In this document: piece by piece, positions 20,461 through 30,797 of the stretch
How positions within the stretch are numbered: position 1 is the stretch's first letter
How the letters are laid out: each line of letters starts with the position of its first letter
NCBI RefSeq assembly: GCF_055900595.2
Contig: NZ_CM148325.1
Length of the DNA: 64,000 bases
Strand: one strand, 5' to 3'
The notes under the pieces: model-generated
Databases searched by the model: none
What the model saw: only the letters and a program-made list of their open reading frames with translations
Told to the model about the DNA's origin: nothing
Program-made: the position numbers and the translations under genes

Positions 20461-22665
20461 TTACTGCTGTGGTTGTTGCTGAGTTGATTTTTGCAGGATG
20501 CTGTTGATGTCCATGCGCTGCGCATGACCCTGTGCCTGACTTTTCAGGACAAGCTCTGCATCAGCACGGGCATTGTCTCCTTGCTGTTGCTGGAACTGTC
20601 CGAGCAGTTTCAGAGCCTCGCGGATATCAGATTTCTGCTGGCTATCGGCAGATGCGAGGATTTTCACAACATTTGCCGCTGCAACCTGAGCATCAGTCTG
20701 TGCCTGGAATGCTTTAACCTGAATGGCTGCCTGTTCGTTCTGCGCTTTCTGCAATTCAGCCTGACCAGCAAGAAGCTGACCTTGCGCTGCAACCATAGCC
20801 GGATCTGGCTGACTGGCCTGTTGTTGTTTCGCCTGTTCAACCATCTGCTGTTCTTCAGGCGTTCTCGGCTTGATAACGCCAGACAGAAGCAACTGATTGC
20901 GGTTGTATTCTTTCAGGTCGTCCATCCCTTCGCCGTCCATATTGTCGAGAATCATCGACGATACAAGGTCGTGCTTCGGAGTTCCTGGTGGGATAAGTGC
21001 CAGCATGGAAAGTAACGACTTAACCGTTGCATCACGGCGAGTAGCGAACGACTGGCCAACATCGACAGTCACTTCATAGTTACCCTGCGAAAGGTCATTA
21101 AGCGCGATAACCTGCCCTGTCTGACGGTCAACCACTTCACCAGTCATCAGCGCCACGTCATCGCTGCCGTCCTCATTAACGATACGCATCGGCGTATCAC
21201 TGCCATAGACTTCACGAGCCATAGAAAGCCACACGACGCCAGCACGGCGCATGGATTTAGCCATGTTGTCCATGTAGATATAGGACTGCGTGTCCATCCG
21301 GTTAAAGATGCTATCAACGGTATCGGTAGCGACGTTGCTCGGCATGTTCTCAAGCTGCGACGCACCTGTAATTTGCTGAATAGCCGTTCCGGTGTACTGC
21401 AATAGCCCAGCAAGAGCAGGAGGCATTTGTGTCGGAGGTGTATAACTGCTGACCTGAGCCTGCGCAGTAATATCTCCGTTTTTGTTTTTCAGACTGACCA
21501 TCGGCAGGAACGCCGGGCGCTTTTTGTTGCGCTCCGCCCAATGAGTGGCAAGAGGACCAGGAATCATGTCAACATCAACTACAGGAATGCCATCGCCGCC
21601 AGCCTGAGTGGCGTTATCTGCAATCATGGAAACCATCAGGTTCTCAAGACGCTGTGCATCCATCGCTTTTGCTGCGTGGCCTTCGATTCGCTCCTGATTA
21701 TCAACAAATGATCGACGCCCATATACCGGGATGAGAGGAATATGTTCGCCCGGAATACGCTTCGGTTCTTCCAGCCATTCAGCGCCAGACAGAAGACCGC
21801 AATAAACTCTGCGTTTCTTCACTGTCCGCTCACCAATCAGTTCGAATGCGCCATCGGTCAGCTCGTCGACAATATCTTTGATTTGCTCTTCATCATAGAT
21901 TGCCGTTTCTCCGCTGACAGGGTTGCGCCATGCCGTGAGCTTCACCTTCTCTATGCGAACTTCGTAGTAGCGACCAACATAGATAGCATCAGGGGTTGAC
22001 CAGTCATATTGAGTGCCAGTGTCATCACGAGAAAGGCTTGCTGCGATGGAATCAGGGTATTCAGCCTCGAACGCTTTAGGCGTCATGGAGAACATTTCCA
22101 TAGCCCACATAGCATCAGAGCGGTCATATTGCTTGCTGTCCTGATCGAAGAAGACGCATGTCGCCGGGTCGTAAACAGGAAGAAGGCTGATGCGTCGCTG
22201 CTCGTTACTTGGGTCCATTTCATCTTCGTAATCGGCACACATGCGGAAACAACCGAATCCGCCCGTTACGGCATCATCAAATGCGTTATCACACGCTTCG
22301 CCACCGGATGTTTCCTGATAGTCAGCGCGGAATTTGCCGTTCATCTTTTCGGCTAACGCTTCCGATGCCTTATCGTCCTTCGGCCTGAATTTAACGCTTA
22401 TGCGATTCTGTCGATACTCGCCAATGATGCGATCACATTCACGGGCAATCTTATTCAGTTCAAAGCGCGGGTAATGCTCAAACCTTCCTTCATCAAATGA
22501 GTAACCAGCGTTTGTGCTGCCTTCCCACTGTGCGCCGGACACCCGGACGAAACGTTGAGCCTCAATAATCTGCTCTCGCATATCCTGCGTTGCTGACCAG
22601 GCATTATCAAAGTTGCACAGCACCTTGCGATGCCAGTAAGTCATCTTTCTATCATCAGCCATCAT
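20461..22665 (-). CDS. Portal protein (P22 gp1-type, with long C-terminal Q-rich barrel helix)
   Basis: About 734 aa. ...GEHIPLIPVYG... and C-terminal QAELQKAQNEQAAIQ parallel the P22 portal. ATG at 22665/22662 overlaps the TerL stop. Confidence 0.9.
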   Translation of the reverse strand: MMADDRKMTYWHRKVLCNFDNAWSATQDMREQIIEAQRFVRVSGAQWEGSTNAGYSFDEGRFEHYPRFELNKIARECDRIIGEYRQNRISVKFRPKDDKASEALAEKMNGKFRADYQETSGGEACDNAFDDAVTGGFGCFRMCADYEDEMDPSNEQRRISLLPVYDPATCVFFDQDSKQYDRSDAMWAMEMFSMTPKAFEAEYPDSIAASLSRDDTGTQYDWSTPDAIYVGRYYEVRIEKVKLTAWRNPVSGETAIYDEEQIKDIVDELTDGAFELIGERTVKKRRVYCGLLSGAEWLEEPKRIPGEHIPLIPVYGRRSFVDNQERIEGHAAKAMDAQRLENLMVSMIADNATQAGGDGIPVVDVDMIPGPLATHWAERNKKRPAFLPMVSLKNKNGDITAQAQVSSYTPPTQMPPALAGLLQYTGTAIQQITGASQLENMPSNVATDTVDSIFNRMDTQSYIYMDNMAKSMRRAGVVWLSMAREVYGSDTPMRIVNEDGSDDVALMTGEVVDRQTGQVIALNDLSQGNYEVTVDVGQSFATRRDATVKSLLSMLALIPPGTPKHDLVSSMILDNMDGEGMDDLKEYNRNQLLLSGVIKPRTPEEQQMVEQAKQQQASQPDPAMVAAQGQLLAGQAELQKAQNEQAAIQVKAFQAQTDAQVAAANVVKILASADSQQKSDIREALKLLGQFQQQQGDNARADAELVLKSQAQGHAQRMDINSILQKSTQQQPQQ

Positions 22666-24158
22666 CCAACTCCGCAAGGTATGTTGTAGCTTGAGTAATC
22701 AATCTCTTTAGGATCTTTGATGTCTCGCATCTGTATTGCATAACGCCTCATCATGTAGCCATAGCGAACAGCAGAAAGGATGTCGTCATTTAGCTTGACG
22801 ATCTTCCCGTTCTCATCGCGGTGATACAGGCGAAACTCTTCAAAGAATGGCTCGCAGGTGTTAAATACCTTGAAACGACCGTCGAGCATCATGTCGCGTA
22901 TCTCTGCTATCCCTGGTTCGACCGCATTACCTCCATCAGGCCATGTTGCATGATCTGGCAACATGTCGAACCCAGCGTCGGCGTATTGTTCCTTGAGCTG
23001 AGCGCCGCCTCCCTTTTCGTGCTGATGCCCGTCATGAGGCCAAGCCGTAGGGGTGTTTTTGCTCCATGCTTTAACAGCACTCCATGCCTCTGTCGCCTTC
23101 TTCTGTTTGGCCTTCCAGACGCGAGAAAGATAAATCACGTCCTCGTCTTTATCCCACCAAAGCTGGATATGTGCCTGTGGGTGATCCCATCCGAAGTCCA
23201 TTGCATTGATGACGTAGAAGTGATCAGGACACTCGAACGGCTGACACTTAATCGTCTCTTCCGGTATCTGGAAGATTCGACCGCTACCCATCGTAGGAAT
23301 ACCGCGAGCACGCGCCTCTCTCTCATGCTCGGGATAGGATGCGATGATTTGCTCTTTCTGCTCGTCGGTGTAGTGCTCAGCGTCATAGATGGTCATGTTG
23401 ACCACTTTCTGCGACTTGCTGGGATTCTTCAGGAACTTGGTAACAACGTCAGACATCCCCATCAGCGGGGTAAACGTCAGAATTGAGAATTGCCCGTATT
23501 TGTTGGTACGGGTAAGACCTTCGCCATAAATGCTGTATGGTGGCTCTTCGTCAAACCACACGCCGTGGATTGTGTCACCCTGCCAGCGAGCGCGGCCTTG
23601 CGAGTATGGTTTGAAGTAGCAGATTGAAATGCCATCTTCAACGCCATCGGCCGTGTGATGCTTAACCAGAAGATGATCAACAAGGTTCGGAAAGAAAGGA
23701 GACTTCTTCCAGCTAATGATGTCTTCTTTAGGTATGGAACCGTAGCCTGGCTCATCATTCTCTTCGATACGACCACACAGGATGCGTTGAGTCGTTTTGG
23801 TTACAGTCTCGTTTGTCTCGCCGCCAATCCAGAAGACAACAGGCTCATAGAAACGCTTACCTTTCCACTCACCGCCATATTTACCATCAGCAGGATAGCC
23901 TTTTGTGCCCGGATAACGCCCGGTAAGGTGAAACGCGACTTCAGCAGCACCAGTAAATGACTTACCAAGCTGGTTACCAGCCATAAAACATCGCTCTGGA
24001 TAGTCATGCCCGGCGTCGATGAACTCACGCTGTTTGCTGTATGGCGTAAATTCATATAGCAGGTGTGTGTTACGGTAGTTCTCTTCTTCTTCGAGTAGCT
24101 CGAGCAATTCGATTTGCTCTTCGTCGCTCAGGTTATCAAGAATCGCGTCCAGTTCCAC
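22662..24158 (-). CDS. Terminase large subunit (P22 gp2-type)
   Basis: 498 aa (P22 gp2 is 499 aa). ATPase motif region MAGNQLGKS; lies upstream of portal. Confidence 0.9.
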   Translation of the reverse strand: MELDAILDNLSDEEQIELLELLEEEENYRNTHLLYEFTPYSKQREFIDAGHDYPERCFMAGNQLGKSFTGAAEVAFHLTGRYPGTKGYPADGKYGGEWKGKRFYEPVVFWIGGETNETVTKTTQRILCGRIEENDEPGYGSIPKEDIISWKKSPFFPNLVDHLLVKHHTADGVEDGISICYFKPYSQGRARWQGDTIHGVWFDEEPPYSIYGEGLTRTNKYGQFSILTFTPLMGMSDVVTKFLKNPSKSQKVVNMTIYDAEHYTDEQKEQIIASYPEHEREARARGIPTMGSGRIFQIPEETIKCQPFECPDHFYVINAMDFGWDHPQAHIQLWWDKDEDVIYLSRVWKAKQKKATEAWSAVKAWSKNTPTAWPHDGHQHEKGGGAQLKEQYADAGFDMLPDHATWPDGGNAVEPGIAEIRDMMLDGRFKVFNTCEPFFEEFRLYHRDENGKIVKLNDDILSAVRYGYMMRRYAIQMRDIKDPKEIDYSSYNIPCGVG

Positions 24159-24624
24159 GGTTGAATAGCTCCTTGATACGAGAGCGTCGCTTATCGCGAT
24201 CTCCCTTATCAGGTGTCACGTCTTCAACTTGCGACTGCTCTTTGAGGCCCAAATCACGGGCGATGATGTTAGCGTTGAGAAGGTCAGCAGCAGCGCCAGA
24301 GAATTTCTGGTCGTAGATGACCTGTTCTGCTCGCGTAACGACTTCAGATAAATCTTCTCGCAGGCGATATGTGCGCCATGTTTCAAGCGTCACATCAATG
24401 AACAGAGTGAGTCCGGTAATGGTCATCGCTCGCATCTTGGCGATAGGCTCTTGTATCACTTCACCCTGATACGAGAACGCCTTCATCTCCCATAGCGGGT
24501 TAGCTTCCACCCACTCGAAGTATTCACAACAAGCAGCCCACAGCGCCTCAGGCGATTCGAATTTAGGGTTTCGCCCATGACTACTGCGGGCCTCCCAAAA
24601 TCGGTTGCCCTTTGGTGCTGCCAT
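24136..24624 (-). CDS. Terminase small subunit (P22 gp3-type)
   Basis: [29 protein letters not shown]... matches my recollection of P22 gp3 (162 aa). Confidence 0.88.
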   Translation of the reverse strand: MAAPKGNRFWEARSSHGRNPKFESPEALWAACCEYFEWVEANPLWEMKAFSYQGEVIQEPIAKMRAMTITGLTLFIDVTLETWRTYRLREDLSEVVTRAEQVIYDQKFSGAAADLLNANIIARDLGLKEQSQVEDVTPDKGDRDKRRSRIKELFNRGTGRDS

Positions 24625-24647
24625 ATTCATCTCACTTAGTTGTTATT

Positions 24648-25046
24648 TCAGGCTGATGACTCTTTCGCGCTTTCAATCAGTGACTGCTTCAGCAAGTAAC
24701 CTTCGAGCATCCAGATTTTGTTTACAGCATTCTGCCGGGCAATCTTCCGACCAATTTCTGCATCAAAGTTTTCCGGGCTTGCACAGGCACTCTCTCCGGT
24801 GACGGTGAAGCCATTCTTCAGCACCAGTACGCAGAAAGTGAGCAACTTCAATGGTGATAAATCACGATCGCCTTCTTCTGGTTTTTCCCTGCCACAATAT
24901 TCGTTGCTGGAAATGGCACCATTACGTCCATCATAAGCAGTAAAGTAATGCTCGCTTTTAATCACGTCTTCGATGTGCTGAGGAGTGATTCGCGGGGCTG
25001 TTTTGCCTTTCTCAACGATTTCTTTTTCGATTTGCTGGTCGCTCAT
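24648..25046 (-). CDS. N4 gp49 / Sf6 gene-66 family protein
   Basis: 132 aa immediately upstream of terS, as Sf6 gene 66. The family call is from recollection of the motif layout. Confidence 0.5.
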   Translation of the reverse strand: MSDQQIEKEIVEKGKTAPRITPQHIEDVIKSEHYFTAYDGRNGAISSNEYCGREKPEEGDRDLSPLKLLTFCVLVLKNGFTVTGESACASPENFDAEIGRKIARQNAVNKIWMLEGYLLKQSLIESAKESSA

Positions 25047-25334
25047 AATTATGACCCTGTAGAGTGGTTGCTTGATTAGGATGTCTTTCCATCAGTCCGC
25101 CACCACAAAGAATCTTTTTTGCCATAAGGCAGGAGGTTCATCTTTCAGTGGCTGCCGGTGTTATTTCCCCACTTACTGGCTTGGGTTGCTTCGTGGTACT
25201 GCCGTAACTGGTTGCCAAGAATAAATTCCGGTTTCATTATCAAGCCCACCCGTAGATGGGCTTTGTAATGGATAGCCGTTGCTCAGTTCTCGTAATGCTT
25301 TGATTTTTCCGATAACGCAGTTTTGCGTTTGCCA

Positions 25335-25856
25335 TCAGCACGCGATATCGAGAGTCAACTGCAGTTGCTCGCGCCAGTACTCAACATTTGCTTCAATAAC
25401 CGGCTTATCCCATCGCCAGCGAGCCATCTCTCTTGCCCCATTGCTGGCTTTTGATTTCCGGTCATCGCGAATGCGACATGCTTGCTCATATTTCTGCTGC
25501 TCAGTCAGTTCACCGCGAAGCAGACTATCAATGTGCAGGTCGCACCACACAGCAAAACGAGCATCACACCAACGGGCAAATGCAACTGAAAGTTTTGGAT
25601 GTAGCCACGTACCACCACCCCTGTCCTTTCGTGCCTTGCTGGTTTTTACATACCTCGATTGTGAGGGATGTAAAATTTGAGATTCTTTCCCGGTCAACGC
25701 TTCGTCTAAAGCACGAACGTATTCAAGCGTTTCTGCCAAACGCATCCAGTTATCAATGCGTTTCCCAAATCTCTCAGCAACACCTGTGACGTTGATCCAA
25801 CCATCAGTGTTGAAACTGACAATTTCACCTTTGTAATTAAGTGGCACGATATTCAT
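25335..25856 (-). CDS. KilA-N domain protein
   Basis: 173 aa. ...GGTWLHPKLSVAFARWCDARFAVWCDLHI is typical of KilA-N. Isolated gene with flanking non-coding DNA. Confidence 0.7.
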   Translation of the reverse strand: MNIVPLNYKGEIVSFNTDGWINVTGVAERFGKRIDNWMRLAETLEYVRALDEALTGKESQILHPSQSRYVKTSKARKDRGGGTWLHPKLSVAFARWCDARFAVWCDLHIDSLLRGELTEQQKYEQACRIRDDRKSKASNGAREMARWRWDKPVIEANVEYWREQLQLTLDIAC

Positions 25857-25970
25857 AACGTTTACCTACCATTTGAAATGAACCTTTGCCGCATAGGAAA
25901 CCAGCCCACCGAGGCTCGCCAGCACTAACTGGTATCCTCAAAGGCCCATTCCAAAGGGGCAGGTTCGGTG

Positions 25971-25996
25971 TAAAAAACATGCGTTGCGGTACGCAT
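25971..25996 (-). terminator. Intrinsic terminator (second of tandem pair after Rz)
   Basis: Minus strand reads ATGCGT-ACCGCA-ACGCAT then GTTTTTTA. Confidence 0.55.
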
Positions 25997-26002
25997 TTAT
26001 TG

Positions 26003-26025
26003 CAAAAAGCCCCGCATCGCGAGGC
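26003..26025 (-). terminator. Intrinsic terminator (first after Rz)
   Basis: Minus strand reads GCCTCGC-GAT-GCGGGGC then TTTTTG. Confidence 0.6.
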
Positions 26026-26057
26026 TCATTAAATTGACTTTGTGATTTGCAAAAAAA

Positions 26058-26495
26058 TTATTTCAGGCATTGCGTCCTGATGTATTCCTGCAGGTAGTTA
26101 ACCTGCGCGGTTATCTTGTCGATTCCACTTCGGAGACGGTAATAATTGAGTTCAGCATCTGCTGTAAGTCTTGGGCTTTCTCCATCGCCCATGCCGCTGG
26201 CTCCGGTCTTTGACTTTGCACAGGAGGCGGCGACTTGCAGCCGCTTACGCCCAGCAGAAACATCATCACGGAGACTTTCGATAGTCGCGTTAGCATCAGC
26301 AAGCTCCTTTGTATATCTGGCATCGAGTTCTGCTACATCACGTTGACGCTTCTGCATATCAGCGATGATGGATGTGGCTTTATCGCGCTGGTCTTTGTAG
26401 GCGATGGCGTTATCACGGTAATGATTAACAGCCCATGACAGGCAGACGATGATGCAGATAACCAGAGCGGAGATAATCGCGGTGACTCTGCTCAT
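26058..26495 (-). CDS. Rz: Spanin, inner-membrane subunit (Rz)
   Basis: 145 aa with N-terminal [20 protein letters not shown] and coiled coil; follows the R gene. Confidence 0.9.
   Translation of the reverse strand: MSRVTAIISALVICIIVCLSWAVNHYRDNAIAYKDQRDKATSIIADMQKRQRDVAELDARYTKELADANATIESLRDDVSAGRKRLQVAASCAKSKTGASGMGDGESPRLTADAELNYYRLRSGIDKITAQVNYLQEYIRTQCLK
26111..26296 (-). CDS. Rz1: Spanin, outer-membrane lipoprotein subunit (Rz1), embedded in Rz
   Basis: Alternate frame within Rz. [20 protein letters not shown] lipobox followed by Pro-rich [13 protein letters not shown]. Confidence 0.65.
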   Translation of the reverse strand: MLTRLSKVSVMMFLLGVSGCKSPPPVQSQRPEPAAWAMEKAQDLQQMLNSIITVSEVESTR

Positions 26496-26968
26496 ACCTC
26501 AATCTCTCTGACCGTTCCGCCCTCTTCTTTGAATTTTGCAATCAGGCTGTCAGCCTTATGCTCGAACTGACCATAACCAGCCCCCGGCAGTGAAGCCCAG
26601 ATATTGCTGCAACGGTCGATAGCCTGACGGATATCACCGCGATCAATCATCGGTAAAGCGCCACGCTCTTTAATCTGCTGCAATGCCACAGCGTCCTGGC
26701 TTTTGGGAGAGAAGTCTTTCAGGCCAAGCTGCTTACGATAGGCATCCCACCAACGGGAAAGAAGCTGGTAACGTCCGGCTGCTGTTGATTTGAGTTTGGG
26801 GTTTAGCGTGACAAGTTTGCGAGGGTGATCGGAGTAATCAGTAAATAGCTCTCCGCCAACAATGACGTCATAACCATGATTTCTGGTTTTCTGACGTCCG
26901 TTATCTGTCCCCTCTGACCACGCCAGCATATCGAGGAACGCCTTACGTTGATTATTGATTTCCACCAT
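26492..26968 (-). CDS. R: Endolysin, lambda R-type lytic transglycosylase
   Basis: 158 aa, [39 protein letters not shown]..., near-identical to my recollection of lambda R. Confidence 0.95.
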   Translation of the reverse strand: MVEINNQRKAFLDMLAWSEGTDNGRQKTRNHGYDVIVGGELFTDYSDHPRKLVTLNPKLKSTAAGRYQLLSRWWDAYRKQLGLKDFSPKSQDAVALQQIKERGALPMIDRGDIRQAIDRCSNIWASLPGAGYGQFEHKADSLIAKFKEEGGTVREIEV

Positions 26969-27275
26969 CTTCTACTCCGGCTTTTTTAGCAGCGAAGCGT
27001 TTGATAAGCGAACCAATCGAGTCAGTACCGATGTAGCCGATGAACACGCTCGTTATATAAGCGAGATTGCTACTTAGTCCGGCGAAGTCGAGAAGGTCAC
27101 GAATGAACCAGGCGATAATGGCGCACATCGTTGCGTCGATTACTGTTTTTGTAAACGCACCGCCATTATATCTGCCGCGAAGGTACGCCATTGCAAACGC
27201 AAGGATTGCCCCGATGCCTTGTTCCTTTGCCGCGAGAATGGCGGCTAACAGGTCATGTTTTTCTGGCATCTTCAT
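26952..27275 (-). CDS. S: Holin, lambda S-type (dual-start MKMPEK)
   Basis: 107 aa, [39 protein letters not shown]..., as lambda S107/S105. Confidence 0.95.
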   Translation of the reverse strand: MKMPEKHDLLAAILAAKEQGIGAILAFAMAYLRGRYNGGAFTKTVIDATMCAIIAWFIRDLLDFAGLSSNLAYITSVFIGYIGTDSIGSLIKRFAAKKAGVEDGGNQ

Positions 27276-27597
27276 GTCTTACCCCCAATAAGGGGATTTG
27301 CTCTATTTAATTAGGAATAAGGTCGATTACTGATAGAACAAATCCAGGCTACTGTGTTTAGTAATCAGATTTGTTCGTGACCGATATGCACGGGCAAAAC
27401 GGCAGGAGGTTGTTAGCGCAGCCTCTTGCCACCCGCTTTCACGAAGGTCATATGTAGAAGGCCGCAGCATAACTATCACTGATGAATTCAGGATAGCCAG
27501 TGGCTACGGCTCAGTTTGGGTTGTGCTGTTGCTGGGCGGCGATGACGCCTGTACGCATTTGGTGATCCGGTTCTGCTTCCGGCATTCGCTTAATTCA

Positions 27598-28102
27598 GCA
27601 CAACGGAAAGAGCATTTATGGCTCGCATCGCGGGAAAAAGCCCACGGTAGAGAGTCGAACTCTACAAATACTCTTACCTGTTGTGCGCTCCGTTTCGTGG
27701 AGCTAACGGCGACGCTAGTACCGGTCTATGCGTCGCACCCTTGAGGGATTTACTAAGGCGACATGCCCGTTGTTACCCACTCAATTGGACCCTCCCCGTC
27801 GCCATCTGGGTCTAGTCAGGAATCGAACCTGCCGAGGGTACATTTGAATGGGTGCCCATTATTAATCACACCGGGCCAGTGCGCCGAATTTGGTAGCGGG
27901 GAGTCGGAAGACCCCGTGATTTTGGTTTCTTAGGCCGCCATCAACATCAAATCATCGTTTGCATTTATCTTTGTGGTCAGTTTCTAAAAACCCGCAAAGT
28001 CGCCAACTCTGACGAAAACTATCGTTGTGCTGCCACAACGATAAGAGCACTCGGTGCATTTAAGCCAAGCCCCATAAGGGAGAATGCTCTTACCTGTTGT
28101 GC
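27598..28102 (-). ncRNA. ORF-free structured late-leader segment containing a 416-bp insertion (candidate structured RNA or decayed tRNA-like island)
   Basis: The 16-mer CTCTTACCTGTTGTGC is duplicated at 27671-27686 and 28087-28102. Each copy has its own complementary arm (27598-27614, 28032-28049). The interior carries T-arm-like GGTTCGATTCC and TAGAG-TTCGACT-CTCTA plus several 6-9 bp stems. No credible ORF. Confidence 0.3.
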
Positions 28103-28105
28103 AAA

Positions 28106-28137
28106 CGCAAAAAGCCCTGAGCTATTAACTCAGGGCT
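28106..28137 (-). terminator. tR'-type terminator of the short PR' leader transcript
   Basis: Minus strand reads AGCCCTGAG-TTAATAG-CTCAGGGCT then TTTTTGCG, about 30 nt downstream of the predicted PR' start. Confidence 0.75.
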
Positions 28138-28165
28138 TTATTTAACGAGTGCATTTATCCATCGT

Positions 28166-28201
28166 TGAGTCAAATTTACCCAACTTTATTCAATAAGTCA
28201 A
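28166..28201 (-). promoter_or_regulatory. Late promoter PR' with qut region
   Basis: Minus strand reads TTGACT-17 nt-TAAATT followed by TGACTCAACGATGG. This matches my recollection of lambda PR'/qut, just downstream of Q. Confidence 0.7.
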
Positions 28202-28243
28202 TATCATGCCGTTAATATGTTGCCATCCGTGGCAATCATGCTG

Positions 28244-28867
28244 CTAACGTGTGACCGCATTCAAAATATTGTCTGCGATTGACTCTTCCTTGTGGCATTG
28301 CACCACCAGAGCGTCATACAGCGGCTTAACAGTGCGTGACCATGTGGGTTGGGTAAGGTTGGGGATTAGCATCGTTACAGCGCGATATGCGGCGCTTGCT
28401 GGCATCCTTGAATAGCCGACGCCTTTGCATCTTCCACACTCTTTCTCAACAACTCTCCCCCACAGCTCTGTTTTGGCAATATCAACCGCACGGCCTGTAC
28501 CGTGGCAATCTCTGCATCTTGCGCCCGGCGTCGCGGCACTACGGCAATAATCAGCATAAGCGAATGTTGCGAGCACTTGCAGTACCTTTGCCTTAGTATT
28601 TCCTTCAAGCTTTGCCACACCACGGTATTTACCCGATACCTTGTGTGCAAATTGCATCAGATAGTTGATAGCCTTTTGTTTGTCGTTCTGGCTGAGTTCG
28701 TGCTTACCGCAGAATGCAGCCATACCGAATCCGGCTTGTGATTGCGCCATCCCCATAGCAGCCATCACATCAGTACCGGAAAGGGAGTCAGAAGCCGTGG
28801 CCCGTGGTGAGTCGCTCATCATCGGGCTTTTTGGCGAATGAAATTTAGCTACGCTTTCGAGTCTCAT
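28244..28867 (-). CDS. Q: Late antiterminator Q (lambda-type)
   Basis: 207 aa, [39 protein letters not shown]..., as lambda Q. Confidence 0.95.
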   Translation of the reverse strand: MRLESVAKFHSPKSPMMSDSPRATASDSLSGTDVMAAMGMAQSQAGFGMAAFCGKHELSQNDKQKAINYLMQFAHKVSGKYRGVAKLEGNTKAKVLQVLATFAYADYCRSAATPGARCRDCHGTGRAVDIAKTELWGRVVEKECGRCKGVGYSRMPASAAYRAVTMLIPNLTQPTWSRTVKPLYDALVVQCHKEESIADNILNAVTR

Positions 28868-29529
28868 GCGCCTTCTCCCTGTACCTGAATCAATGTGAGG
28901 TTTCCGCAGAACACTGCTCCGGTATCGATATACATTTGGTTGGCAAACTTGAGTGGTTTCACTGCTGGCGTATGACCAAAGATGAACGTGTCCGCTCCTT
29001 TGATTTCTTTTACGATCCCGTCTTGTGAGTTGCTGATTCGTTCGCGGTTCCAGATTACCTGCTGATGAACAACTGGCTTTCCAAACTCGTATTCGTCACA
29101 AGGATAATCGGCGTGGCAGATAACATATTTTTTACCTTTGCTCACCAGTTCAATGATTAACGGAAGTTCATCTGCTTTATGGGCAAGAGCTTTAGCCAGA
29201 ATTTCTTTGTCGTAATCGAGATTAAAGAACCAGCCACCGCCATTAAACAGCCAGTGATTGACGTTTCCACGCTCTGATAAGCCCTCAATCATCATTTGCT
29301 CATGGTTTCCACGTACAGCTCTGAACCAGGGGAATGTGATTAATTCCAGGCATTCAACGTTCTCTGCACCACGATCAACCAAATCGCCCACCGAGATAAG
29401 CAGGTCTTTTTTGTTGTCGAATCCAATCGTATCCAGTTTGTTCATCAGGTTCGTGTAGCATCCGTGCAGATCGCCAACTACCCAAATATTTCGGTATTTG
29501 CTGCCATCAATTTTTTCGTAATAGCGCAT
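28864..29529 (-). CDS. ninI: Ser/Thr protein phosphatase NinI
   Basis: Start [24 protein letters not shown] at 29529; GDLVDRG and GNHE metallophosphatase motifs. Confidence 0.92.
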   Translation of the reverse strand: MRYYEKIDGSKYRNIWVVGDLHGCYTNLMNKLDTIGFDNKKDLLISVGDLVDRGAENVECLELITFPWFRAVRGNHEQMMIEGLSERGNVNHWLFNGGGWFFNLDYDKEILAKALAHKADELPLIIELVSKGKKYVICHADYPCDEYEFGKPVVHQQVIWNRERISNSQDGIVKEIKGADTFIFGHTPAVKPLKFANQMYIDTGAVFCGNLTLIQVQGEGA

Positions 29530-29713
29530 CTCTTTCACTCCATCCGCGATGAACCATAAGAACGTCGTTGACGATGGCGTGCATTTTCCCGTCTTTATCA
29601 TCAACGTATTTTCTGACCGTACCGCGACTACATTTCAGTCTGCGTGCTACTTCTGTCTGGTTTCCGTATGCTTCAACGAGCATGTCTGGAATGGTTTTTA
29701 CTGAGAACGTCAT
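29507..29713 (-). CDS. ninH: NinH
   Basis: 68 aa with HTH-like [20 protein letters not shown]; lambda nin synteny. Confidence 0.85.
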   Translation of the reverse strand: MTFSVKTIPDMLVEAYGNQTEVARRLKCSRGTVRKYVDDKDGKMHAIVNDVLMVHRGWSERDALLRKN

Positions 29714-30315
29714 GCGGCCTCACTTCTGCTATTTCGCAGGTCTTTGAGTTTCTGTTGGTACTCTGCCTTGATCGCCTTGCACTCTTCGACAGTCCAGCGA
29801 TGGCGGCTATGGTTTGATTCGATTTCGTCTACTGCTTCCTGCCCGATGCGGTTAATCAGTTCGACGCGATACGGAACGAGATTTCCGCTTTTGTGCTGGT
29901 TGCACACCACGCATTGCTTGTGAATATTGCGTTCATCAAATCGGAGTTGAGGTGCCGCAGCAGTTGTCCGGTAATGTCCGGCATCCCACTGAGCAGACGT
30001 GAGCGTTCCGCACGAGATACATGGTAAGTCGCGGTCTCTTTCTCTGATGAAGGCGTTTACGGCTTGTTGGGCTTGTTTAATCCAGTAACTGCGGGGCTTT
30101 AAGGCGAGTTTTCGAATCTTCAGTTTATCTTTCTGTTTCTGCTCCTCTCGTCGTCGTTTCTTCTCTGCTGCTTTTTCCGCTTTTTCGCGTTCTTTACTTC
30201 GTCGTTCGAGTGCTAATTGAGTTCCGTGTTCCGGGCTGCACCACCACTGATTTGAGAATGCCGGGTGAAACCATTCCTTGCAGATTTTGCATTTCCTTCG
30301 CGCTGGTTTAGCCAT
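29710..30315 (-). CDS. ninG: NinG/Rap recombination endonuclease
   Basis: 201 aa; Cys clusters CKICKEWF...CISCG...CVVCN; lambda nin synteny. Confidence 0.88.
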   Translation of the reverse strand: MAKPARRKCKICKEWFHPAFSNQWWCSPEHGTQLALERRSKEREKAEKAAEKKRRREEQKQKDKLKIRKLALKPRSYWIKQAQQAVNAFIRERDRDLPCISCGTLTSAQWDAGHYRTTAAAPQLRFDERNIHKQCVVCNQHKSGNLVPYRVELINRIGQEAVDEIESNHSRHRWTVEECKAIKAEYQQKLKDLRNSRSEAA

Positions 30316-30478
30316 CGTCTTCTTCCTCGTACATTGAGCTATTCGGATCGCTCATCAGTTCTGCGCAGCAGTGCTCACACACGTGAACTTCCAGCACATG
30401 CAGCTTCTGACCGCAGTTAGCGCACGTTAAAGCCCGCTCGACGCTTTGTTGTTCGTAACTTCGATTTGGGTCAATCAC
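30308..30478 (-). CDS. ninF: NinF
   Basis: Not in the ORF track (56 aa). GTG at 30478 overlaps the ninE stop. Reads [56 protein letters not shown]. Confidence 0.65.
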   Translation of the reverse strand: MIDPNRSYEQQSVERALTCANCGQKLHVLEVHVCEHCCAELMSDPNSSMYEEEDDG

Positions 30479-30657
30479 CTTGTTTTCCTCGCACGTTCTC
30501 TAAGCCACCGGATATCCCACAGGTGAGCCGTGTAGTTGAAGGTTTTTACGTCAGATTCTTTCGGGATTGGCTTGCGTTTATTTCTGGAGCGTTTCGTTGG
30601 AAGGTATTTGCAGTTTTCGCAGATTATGTCGGTGATACTTCGTCGCTGTCTCGCCAC
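30475..30657 (-). CDS. ninE: NinE
   Basis: 60 aa, GTG start, [29 protein letters not shown]... Confidence 0.8.
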   Translation of the reverse strand: MARQRRSITDIICENCKYLPTKRSRNKRKPIPKESDVKTFNYTAHLWDIRWLRERARKTR

Positions 30658-30797
30658 ACGTCCTCCTTTTCCTGCGGTAGTGGTAACACCCCTGTTGGTG
30701 TTCTTTCACGCCGGAGACACCATCGATTCCAGTCAGGTTGATTTGGTCGGAAGCGGTTATCTTCTTTGCATTCACCGCACCGATAACATCGCATCAT
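30624..30797 (-). CDS. ninD: NinD
   Basis: 57 aa from [16 protein letters not shown]; its ATG overlaps the ninC stop (ATGA). Confidence 0.7.
   Translation of the reverse strand: MMRCYRCGECKEDNRFRPNQPDWNRWCLRRERTPTGVLPLPQEKEDVWRDSDEVSPT

Noticed and set aside
25047-25334. Very short minus-strand ORFs (21-29 codons) in the spacer between the KilA-N gene and the gp49-like gene.
   Set aside because: They have no SD sequences and are too short to evaluate from sequence alone.
27523-27744. 73-aa plus-strand ORF in the Q-S intergenic region.
   Set aside because: It has a non-ATG start and no SD. It is antisense to the late leader and spans sequence that is non-coding in lambda. It is most likely a chance ORF.
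27780-27900. Possible bona fide tRNA gene on the minus strand (GGCAGGTTCGATTCCTGAC T-arm, downstream ...CTAGACCCA).
   Set aside because: I could not find a complementary 5' acceptor strand at the right distance. The would-be anticodon stem (GGGCAC/GTACCC) has a mismatch and a 10-nt loop. It is reported only as tRNA-like structure inside the late-leader insertion, not as a tRNA feature.
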